Of a stretch of 64,000 nt of DNA, positions 16,662 to 26,000 are shown piece by piece. The position numbers and the translations under genes were made by a program. The DNA is from a virus, in IMG/VR virus record IMGVR_UViG_3300038620_000086, positions 1-64,000 of that record. The stretch is one strand, 5' to 3'. The notes beneath the pieces were generated by a model. It was not told where the DNA came from. It saw nothing but the letters and a program-made list of their open reading frames with translations, and made no database searches. The stretch's first letter is position 1. Every line of letters starts with the position of its first letter.

Positions 16662-16668
16662 GCTAAGA

Positions 16669-16685
16669 TGACGAACGGTTCGTCA
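16669..16685. promoter_or_regulatory. 17-bp palindrome TGACGAAC-G-GTTCGTCA, copy 1 (intergenic)
   Basis: Perfect 8-bp inverted repeat filling most of the 30-bp gap between the cpcA-like gene and the spike-base gene; identical copy at 41177. Confidence 0.6.
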
Positions 16686-16691
16686 GAGTAT

Positions 16692-18506
16692 CTACAAACT
16701 AGATCGGATATATTCAATAAATTCAACCGCCTTATCTTTCTGATCGGCTTGTGTAACAGTAAAAGAAACAGAGGTGTCAGAAGGCATTGTCTCCGTCTCA
16801 TCGGGAAGAAAATAATCCTGAGGGTTATTCTCTAACTCCTCACGAAGCCATCTTAAAGCTTCTTTATACCATTTGGGGTCAAGCCCAAACGTTTCATTAA
16901 CCTCCTTTAGCTCATCTAAGAACAGCTTATCAAGAAGACCGGTGTCATTGGCAACAAGTCCATAAGTTAAGTACCGAACATAATATTCGATATCACGGAT
17001 ACATTTACTTATCTGCGTTCCATTGTAGGAAAAAGGTTCTCTTTGGAACGGACTGTCTTCAGGCGGACGGTTGTCAGGAATCATGACAGTCTCATATCCC
17101 TCCGTCTTCTTAACTGCTTGTCCTCCTTTATCTGACTCTAGTATTTGGAGGATCATATCTAAATAGACGTGGACGGCACTAACTACATCCATACAACTAT
17201 CAGCCGCAGGAGTGATGTCATATTTAGACAGGTCGATGGGAGAATTGTCTATTATGGCATCTCCCTGAATAACCTTAACTAAACGACTACGAAAGCCTTC
17301 TTTACCATCTCCTCCGTTAAAGGCTTTTTTATAGTTCTCGACTATCTCCTCGTAACTTGGAGTACCACTCTTATTAGCTTGGTCAAGCAAAGCCTGTCTA
17401 GATTGAACCGCATAGTCATGAACTCTATCATTGCCGGTATGTTTTAGATTGTAGGCGATCGCGTCTAGGAAAAACTTAAGATCCCGCGGGTACCTAGAAG
17501 GGTCATAAGTGGAGGTATCAGAGGTGACGACTGGAGGAGTCGCTATCCAACCTTTTAGCCCTACGTTACCGTTTCCATCATCGTAAGTGTTACTATCACT
17601 TTCGGTTATTAACTTGGCTGCATCAGCTAAACGACCTTCACCAATGCCCTGGTCTCCATAAGGATTAGAACGTCTGGCTAAACTTCCTGCCCCTTTGTCT
17701 ATAACGTCTAATATGAGATCAAGAAAAGTATCAGCAGTAGCTATAACACTTACGAAGCGGTCACCATAGGTTATATCTGGATCCTGCTTAGCCGATCCGT
17801 CTAAGACCATACGAAGGCGGTCACGGACTCCCTCATCTGTATTCGATCCATTGCTCGTTCCGTTAATGGCAAGCTCATAGTTAATAACAATCGTTGAAAA
17901 GCTAGGACCGCTCTCATTACTTTGTTTCTGCAACGCATTTCTAGAGATCATGGCATAGTCATAAACTTGACTATTCCCACCCTCTACGATGTTGTACGCG
18001 ATCGCTTCCAAGAAGAATTCAATGTCGCGGATACACTTCTCTTGGATGCTTGAGAGGTCATCTCTATTAACAACTGAGGGAGCACTGGCAATCCAGTTCT
18101 TATTGGTCAGAATGAGATTCCGAGCATCTTCTTTTCGATTGCGATGCTTATCTCCTACAAGCTCATAGAATCCGACTTTTCTGGGTTCATCAGGACGATC
18201 AAACTGAACACCAAAGATTTCTTGTCCACCGTAGTAAGGGTTTCCAGAAAGGGTTCTTGGAAAAGTAGAGTAAACACTGTTAGTTGCCTGCTCTACTAAA
18301 TGGCTACTATGATTTGATATTGATTCAGCAGCCATAAGAGCAGCTAACCCATCTTTATAAGACCATTGGTCGTTAGCGGTGGGATCACTTGAGGAAGAGG
18401 ACGAGTTGAACCGTTTGTTGGCAGTTATTAGATCATCATCCCTTATCTCTCTTAAATTTTGGCTATCGATTAATAGCGCTACTTCAGTAAGCTTTGATAA
18501 AGTCAT
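16692..18506 (-). CDS. Phycocyanin alpha-like phycobiliprotein (604 aa) with a ~400-aa insertion of two internal helical repeats
   Basis: N-part LTEVALLIDSQ...AAESISNHSSHLVEQATNSVYSTFP and C-part KCIRDIEYYVRYLTYGLVANDTGLLDKLFLDELKEVNETFGLDPKWYKEALRWL...AVEFIEYIRSSL are collinear with CpcA (LTEAVAAADSQ...AANAVYSKFP...[54 protein letters not shown]). The alpha-84 Cys equivalent is Cys502. Confidence 0.85.
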   Translation of the reverse strand: MTLSKLTEVALLIDSQNLREIRDDDLITANKRFNSSSSSSDPTANDQWSYKDGLAALMAAESISNHSSHLVEQATNSVYSTFPRTLSGNPYYGGQEIFGVQFDRPDEPRKVGFYELVGDKHRNRKEDARNLILTNKNWIASAPSVVNRDDLSSIQEKCIRDIEFFLEAIAYNIVEGGNSQVYDYAMISRNALQKQSNESGPSFSTIVINYELAINGTSNGSNTDEGVRDRLRMVLDGSAKQDPDITYGDRFVSVIATADTFLDLILDVIDKGAGSLARRSNPYGDQGIGEGRLADAAKLITESDSNTYDDGNGNVGLKGWIATPPVVTSDTSTYDPSRYPRDLKFFLDAIAYNLKHTGNDRVHDYAVQSRQALLDQANKSGTPSYEEIVENYKKAFNGGDGKEGFRSRLVKVIQGDAIIDNSPIDLSKYDITPAADSCMDVVSAVHVYLDMILQILESDKGGQAVKKTEGYETVMIPDNRPPEDSPFQREPFSYNGTQISKCIRDIEYYVRYLTYGLVANDTGLLDKLFLDELKEVNETFGLDPKWYKEALRWLREELENNPQDYFLPDETETMPSDTSVSFTVTQADQKDKAVEFIEYIRSSL

Positions 18507-19102
18507 ACTCCGTCTCGGGCAATGTCAAAGTAGGTTTTCAACTCTGAATAGAGATCAGAACAGTTGGGAAGAGAGCCACCATATTCACTAGCAGGACTAA
18601 CTGACCATTTATAAGGATCCTCCCAACCGCTAGGATTGTCTCCTTTTTCGTGGTCAAGGTATTTTATTGCTTCCTCCCACATATTCTCTACACTCTCTGC
18701 TACATACTCTCTTGGGGTTCCCAAAGATTTATAGGTTTCTTTTAAGCCGTCAAGACATCTAATGGTCAAGATACTGGGATCTCCGCACAGAAAGCTAAGG
18801 GTAACATACTTCAAGAGAAAGTCCATATCCCGAATACAAGCTTGATTACGCCGGTTCGGGTAGGCATTTCCTCCTGGTAGCACTAAATGAGGACGGTCTC
18901 TAAATAGCTTTCTAGCTGCATTTAAGACAATGTCATCAGTCTTATCCCTTAACCGACGAACAATATCAAATCGGCGGTTTTTCTCCCTCATAATCTCTTT
19001 AAGCTTAGAAAAGACTTCAGGCTTTATGTACTGCCCCCTCTGGTCAGCTTGCATAACAGCCCTCGTATAAGCATCATGAATAAAATCTCTAGGTTCAGAC
19101 AT
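18503..19102 (-). CDS. cpcB: Phycocyanin beta-like phycobiliprotein (199 aa)
   Basis: DAYTRAVMQADQRGQY, NAARKLF, PGGNAYPNRRNQACIRDM, GDPSILTIRCLDGLKETYKSLGTP and CSDLYSELKTYFD align with CpcB. Cys89 (beta82/84), Cys181 (beta153/155) and Asn79 (methylated Asn72) are kept; the phycoerythrin Cys50/61 pair is absent. Confidence 0.92.
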   Translation of the reverse strand: MSEPRDFIHDAYTRAVMQADQRGQYIKPEVFSKLKEIMREKNRRFDIVRRLRDKTDDIVLNAARKLFRDRPHLVLPGGNAYPNRRNQACIRDMDFLLKYVTLSFLCGDPSILTIRCLDGLKETYKSLGTPREYVAESVENMWEEAIKYLDHEKGDNPSGWEDPYKWSVSPASEYGGSLPNCSDLYSELKTYFDIARDGV

Positions 19103-19829
19103 TTATTCTAAAACTCCCTTCCTGTAGCTGTTGTTCAAACATTTTCTTGACTTCCTCAGGTAAGTCACAACGTTGGGAAAGATCATCCAGGCTTTCATAA
19201 TCTCCTTTTTCCCTCTCCTCTATAATTCGGGCAGCCAACGTTGAGTCTACGTTTGGGAAACGATCATAGCTTAGTTGAGCAGAATCCACGAGGTTCAGAG
19301 TCGCAACACTATATTTTCGGTTCCAGAACTCTTCATAGGATATTTCAGGGGCTAACAGTGACATCAACTGCCTAAGAGGAACTTTCCTTGAACTAAGTAT
19401 CAAAGAACTAGCCTTTTCTCTATCAGCGGGGTCAGGAATTATCTCGGTAAATCGCTGCCAATATCCCACAATAGCTTTCAACAGGTCATATGAATTTTTA
19501 TAGGGATATGTTCCATCCCAGCGTTGGTAGTTTTGAAGATTCTTAGAAGAAAACTGACTCTTCACTAAGTTCCTATCGTCAGAATCCAGATTGTATAAAG
19601 CCCCTTTTGCTTTGAAAATGAGCTTAGTTACCCAACAAACTGATCGGTGAGCAGACTCTGGAAAGTAGATGCACCAACCATAAGAAGACTCGTCTAGAAG
19701 GTGGGGAAAATAGCCAAATACCTTTTTAGAACGAACTCCTTGGTCAAAAGGCTCTGGGAAGGTTATTCTAAGGCATTCTTGGTTCAGTAAAGATGCCGTC
19801 TTTCCATCAGGTACAACATAATATAACAT
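19095..19829 (-). CDS. Protein with C-terminal helix-hairpin-helix (ComEA/PsbU-like) domain
   Basis: C-terminus LNLVDSAQLSYDRFPNVDSTLAARIIEEREKGDYESLDDL fits HhH_3; N-terminal 170 aa unrecognised. Confidence 0.6.
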   Translation of the reverse strand: MLYYVVPDGKTASLLNQECLRITFPEPFDQGVRSKKVFGYFPHLLDESSYGWCIYFPESAHRSVCWVTKLIFKAKGALYNLDSDDRNLVKSQFSSKNLQNYQRWDGTYPYKNSYDLLKAIVGYWQRFTEIIPDPADREKASSLILSSRKVPLRQLMSLLAPEISYEEFWNRKYSVATLNLVDSAQLSYDRFPNVDSTLAARIIEEREKGDYESLDDLSQRCDLPEEVKKMFEQQLQEGSFRINV

Positions 19830-19832
19830 AAG

Positions 19833-20045
19833 CTACTGGACTACTTTAACAACGCCGTTGGAGTCCTGATACCAATCACCGGGGACTAATCCACCCGTTT
19901 TAGCCGCAGAGTCATCAGCGTATTGAGGAAGGCTAAGACTAATTGGACTGCCATCCTCAATTTCTTGTAATCCCTCTACACTACCATCATCGCTGAGCTT
20001 TATTGTGATTAGCCGCATTGTACTACTGGGATTGAATGGGTCCAA
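19833..20045 (-). CDS. Small fibre-associated protein (start may be the internal Met at 20018)
   Basis: LPQYADDSAAKTGGLVPGDWYQDSNGVVKVV resembles the LPxYADxxAAxxGGLxxGxxY...V motif common at phage fibre termini. Confidence 0.5.
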   Translation of the reverse strand: MDPFNPSSTMRLITIKLSDDGSVEGLQEIEDGSPISLSLPQYADDSAAKTGGLVPGDWYQDSNGVVKVVQ

Positions 20046-23000
20046 TGTCTATTCTACCGTTTGTAAGTCGGCTGTTACCAATCATATCCTTCTGTAGAAC
20101 TTCAGGATCTATGTCGAACTGGTTAGAATTGGACACTCCACCGTGGATCCCATCGATGTAAGAATATACATCACCTGGTATAAGATTAGGATCACCAGAC
20201 TCGATCAAGGGACTTTCTTCTTTCGGCTTGAGAATATTACCATACTGAGACCCACCGGAAAATAGGTAATAGCTTTTATCTTCTTTCTCTATAGAAATTG
20301 TTTCTTCCTCTAAAAGACTAGAAAGGTTACCGACTTCAATAGGAGAGACTGGAGTTTCAATAGTGGGATCTCCACGTTCGTACACAAACTCTGTAGACAT
20401 ATTATCATCCTCCTCGTAAAAGTTAGGAGCAATTAATCTCACAGTCTCATCCGAACTTAATTGAAGATTCTGGCTAGTTGCTGTATTTCCGATATAGAAA
20501 GTATGTCGGTCGGTTCTAAACGTTCCTTTCATCGACTCCGTACCTGCAAATAAGCAATTGAAGATGAAGTTACTCGAATCACTATCATAATGATGACCTA
20601 AAGATACTTTGTTTGGAAATAAACAGTTATAGAGGAAGAGAGCACAATCGTTAAGTCCCCCGGCAATATCCCCACTCTCAATGTAAGAGTTGATTAGAAT
20701 TAAATAGGATCTAGATCCTACAAAAAACCCTGCATTACGCCTGCCACCAATACTATCAGGTATTCGACAATTTATTAAGACTACAATGCTATCTTCTCCA
20801 AAGTTAGTGATTCCTGTTCCTTTACTATAACTACCATCATTACTTCTACCCTCTTTAAGAGTAAGGTTTTCGAGGAATAGACTAGACTCTCCTGGAGACG
20901 TTCCCCGAAAGATGTGGAAATCTCTAACTTCGGAAGAGCGCTCAATAGTCGCACCAAACTTTTTAGGTGCAACTATCTTAATTCCTTGTTTTACTTCTAT
21001 TTCTCTCTCAACTATTATGTGCTCTGCAACAACCAGAATAGTTGACATATTCTCTGCATTCTCTACAACCTGTTTTAGTTGTCTCCCATTAAAAGCAACG
21101 TGATCAAAGTCAATTCCGAGAGCAGAAGCTAGAAGATCCCTTACTCGAAAATTTCGCCCCATCAACAGAAACTCTGGGACTTGATCAGTAGGAGTTCTAG
21201 TGTTTAATCCGTAAAGTTGAGAGAAGTAATCTTGGAGAAATAGTGGTTGATTAGGAATTCTATAGTCTGTAGAGAGAATTCCATATATACTTCCTCGGAA
21301 GGAAGTACCTACATTAGGGGTAAACTGGTTCTTAACAGATTCAGCCCCTCTAGCATCAATTTCATAGCGATCCTTATTAACTATTAGAGCAGGTCGCCTA
21401 ATATCAGCAGTATCAATGCTAAATAGGTTGTCATTCGGCTTTGGAAATTCTACTGTTCTTCTCCAAACTCGTTCGTCGTTGAGATGGAGTTTTCTAACTT
21501 CACTCGGCCAATAGTCGAATCCAAAACTTGTCGAATCTAGTATATAAAGCTCATTTGATATAGAAGCTAACTTATAATAGTTACTATCTGGTTTCCTACC
21601 ATCTTGTGTGCGGACTTTACGCCGAGAACCAAATAATCCATAGTCCTCCCAATAACCTTCTTTTTGAGGATTGTCTTTATCAGGTTTGTATTTCTGAAGG
21701 ATTCCTAGATCCTCTACCTCCGGCGTTCTGTTCACAGAAAGCCGATAAAGAGATCCGTTATGGAATTCTAAGATCCTACCTCCTAAAGGTTCTTCCCCAA
21801 TATTAGTTTCTACTTCAGTGAATCCAGATGAAGGGTCTGTCGAATAGTATAGAAAAGGACTCTGAGGACCCCATTCGACTCCATATCTACCTCTATCTTC
21901 TCCGCTTGGCTGTATCCAAAGTTGAGGTTCTCCTTTTTCTAGTTCGGGAACATCACCAATAGCAAATGATAGGTATTCTACGCCGGTATCATTATTTCTT
22001 TCTATAGAGAAGACTTCGTTCTTGTTCTCATCATACAACCTGTACATCCTCGTATCTGAGTTGTATTGAAGGAAGTAGATATACCCCTTATAGACAACTG
22101 CACCAATAATGCCTTTATTGAGATTATCTAGGCTATATAACTCCATTAGGTCATGATTGATCCCATTCCACCCTCTTTCATCTCTATCAGCAGTTAGAAG
22201 CGCAAATTCTAAGTCATTAGAACGCTTCCATACATAATATATTCTAGTCCCCTCCGTATTTTTAAAGAAGTGATCTCTTACGAGCCAAAATACAACGGGA
22301 TACTGACCATCTATATCTGGAGTTTGGTCAGCATAATAAAGTTTAGGATTATAGAGATTGAAATAGTTGTCTACAAACTGCCCATAGTGACTATCTTCTT
22401 CTTCCTCATTATCCTCTCCTGGGTAATAGAATATATCAAGCTTTAGAAGATTTCCTCCCTGGAAGAAAAGCAATCCAGCTTTATCTATATCCCAACGGTA
22501 ATATCGAACTGCCGCTCCAAAGCTAAATTTAGGTCCTTCATTCTGAATAATGGCATCTTGTACGCCTTCATCATGGTTGTAATATTTGATTCTACAGTTA
22601 GTTCTATGCTGGTGACTCTCTGTAAAGTACAAGTGACCCTTCCAGGGAATTAAGTTATTATGTTTGACATGACTAAAGCTACCAGCAGCATTGAATGGAA
22701 TTTGGACTAGTTGTTCACTATTGTTTTGGCGACTACTTGAGTTCCATCTCCAAAGCTCTGTATCATAGTTATTATCAACAAGAATATAAATCTCCTCACC
22801 ATTCCCAGAACCATCCTCAAATACAGTAATATAGTGAGGTTCTCTATTTCCAGAAAAACTAGCTCTCTGTTGGAAATTAGTACCAGATGGATCATCCATA
22901 GAGTATAACCTCTGCTCACTTGCAGAAACAGTCCAAATTTCATTATCAGAGGTGCGGACAGAAGAAACAGGTCTATCTATATAAGGATGCTCTGGTTGTT

Positions 23001-26000
23001 CATAATACCAACCTCCAGCATAACCCCCATGCAAAATTCTTAACTTATCTTCACTCTCCCCGTAATAAGCTATATATTCCCACTGATTGTTCCTACCCTC
23101 TGAGTTAAAGTTATTAGGGTTCACTTCACTGAACCGATAGATACCTTTTCCATAGTTTCCGTCACCTTTTTCATCGCTCTTTCCCTGTTCGAGATGTTCA
23201 TTAAAACTGTCTCCTCCATAATACCGCCACATTTTAATATCGGTTTCTTCATCCCAGATGCCTATCCAGCAGTCCTGATTAGCTAAGATGTCAGATATAT
23301 GTCCCATGCCAGCAGGTTTATTTGCTCTTACAAAGAATCCTTGACCAATACCCCACTGAGGTGTCGGCATATGATAAAGCTCCTGGGTTGCCCTATCAAG
23401 AGCGACCAGTCCTATATCAGCGTGTACGATAACAGGGTCAAATAGGTCTGTCCCTCGCTCCAAAGCCCAACTTTCTCCATCAGAAGTCGAGAAGATAAAC
23501 CCATCGTTAGAAGCTGCATAAAGTTTATTGTTAAAACCACTTATCTCAAAAGAAGCTACTCGTCTATAGTTACCTCTTGGTAATTCAGATCCTTCTACGG
23601 GATATCTTTTGGTTGCCAGGTTTAAGGCTATACTCCAGTGAATACCGTCAAAATAGAGAACATAGGAAGCAGATTTTATAAGATTATCTTCTTGGTTAGA
23701 CCCAACAAAAAGAGTGCCCTTAAACTCTTTCAGAGGCTCACCGATTTGGTAGGTAGGAACAAATCTGTCTCCAGCAGGTGTATATCCCCGACCCCACCAA
23801 GCTTCTTCAGACCAAGCAAAGTAAAGGTCTCCATCATGATTATGACATAGTGTATAGAAGATGTAATTGGGGTTTATACCTTTTTCTGTCCTTTCAACGT
23901 CTTCTGGGGGATCGATAACTTGTATACGATAAGGATGATCGACTTCATATCTATCCTTAGTAAACCATTCTGTATCTGTTTTATTATCTATTGCATATAC
24001 ATAGTTACGACCAACAACATATAGTCTTTCATCTTCTTTTTCACCGGCAGTAGCAAAGTTTATCGGGTATTCTCCAGGAAAAGAATCCTCTGAAAAGTTG
24101 TTTTCGTTAAGTTCATAGTCATACCGGAATACCTTGTTGCTCCAACTGCAAGCTATATGAAGAATCTGAGTTAGTGGTGAAAAGTAAAGACCTCTAGGAG
24201 ACGAGTTTTCTCCCAGTTGGCTAGAATCAAACTCTACTCTCCAATCTTCTGGATCCATATCACCGTTACTAGTGATAGCTCCATCATAACGCCATATTTC
24301 GTCGCTACCAGAGCAAGAAACAAGCAAATAAGTATTACCGCCCTCACTTACTTCTACAATTTCAGAGGGCTTATTGCCAACCTGTACAAAACTCCAACCA
24401 TCAGTTGGATTATACCGACCTACTTCATCAGAGCCTTGAAAAGTAACATATAAAGATTCAGCACCATTATCTGTAAAAACTATCATTCTATGAGGATGTA
24501 GATGATCAGTCCACGTAAAGTCCTTATTTGGTCCCTCAATGACAGAAACTTTGTTGCTTCGACTGTAGCAGCAGTAAAGATCCCCATCATACTTCATAAG
24601 GTCTAAAGGTCTGTCACCATTATTCTCAGTATGCACTTTCCATTTCTTTGGAGAGCCTTCATATCGCCAGACCTGACTTTTATCTGCTAAAGTCAGATAG
24701 AGTTGCCCATTGTATTTATAGAGGCAAGTTGGTTTGTCCTTTGTTCCTGTCATAGAGAAGAATCCATTAACTTCTCCTCTCCAAGTAAGCTCTAAAGTTT
24801 CATCTTCGTAGTCTAAAGAGTAGGGCTCAGTATCGATTATTCTTTGAATAGATCGGTCGGAGTTATCAATATCTAATCCTAGTGTCAACAGGTCTGACCG
24901 GAACACACTATTGTCTTGAGCGGGCGGTAAGTTAAATTCCTTAGAGGTTCCTTGCAGAGGGTCTTGAGGTTGAAGGTAGGTAGTTAGGTCACCAGTCTGG
25001 TTTTGTGTAGCGTTGCTCCAACCAGATATACTATCTTCAAAGGTTTCTTTTAAAAGGAGCCTTTGAGCCCCATCACTAATTTCTAAGTTGTCTATCCCAA
25101 ACGTTCTTCCGGGGTCAGACTTAATGCTGACTTGAAAGACCTGCTGATAGGGGAATTCAATAGATATCCGGTAGTAGTCCTCCTCAACTTTTTCTATGAG
25201 CCATTCTTTTTCTCCGAGACTTCCGGAAGATGTAGAAGTGATATTTAATAGTTCAGAGTAAATTATGGGGTCACTTCCATCAAGCTCTAGGACAAATCTT
25301 GTATCAGCCCAATTTCCCAGAAGATAAACATCAAACTTAAGTTCAACTGATAACTGAAGATCTAAGGTTTGGGTTTCCTCAAAGTTGATCCGGTTTGTGT
25401 CTAAATAGCTAGGTTTTATGTCTTGGTCTTTTTGAGTCAGGATCGCCGATGATTTTATGTCCTGCCAGCGTTCGATTCCGGAAGTCGATAGAATTACACT
25501 GCTAGCTGATGTGGCATTAAACCAGTTTTTAAGTGAATCTTCAAGGCTGAATAGGTTCCATGATGTATCTATGAAAGCCGAAGATAGATTATCTACACAT
25601 GACCCGAGGTCTAGTTGGTCAGCACTGGCTGAAAATATAACCCTTACCAGTATCCGCTCCTGGTAACAGAGAACAAAGTTCTCCACCTTGGCTACAACTG
25701 CTGAAAGCTCTGAGGAGTAATATAAATCCTCTGCTATTCCATATTTAGGAGAGATGGTAATGCTGTCGAGTAGCTTTCCATTGTCGAAAATAAGAACCTC
25801 ATTTCTAAGAAGTTGAGAGCTAATAGAGGGTTTGGTTAAACAGTATAAATAGCCGTCCCTCATCGAAACATCTATTCCGATAGGAACACGATCAGCAGCT
25901 TTGTTTGTGCCTCCCAAAGACTCAATTGGATAACGGCTAATAGGAAACTCTCTAACCAGATTGCCTTTCAGGGAAAATTCCGCGATTGTTTGCCTGGTTA

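Noticed and set aside
16692-19102. Ordinary host cpcBA operon, or ApcE core-membrane linker
   Set aside because: The sequences are far more diverged than the highly conserved host Cpc proteins, have no cpcC/D/E/F/G neighbours and overlap phage genes. The 604-aa protein lacks ApcE REP linker domains and aligns with CpcA at both ends.
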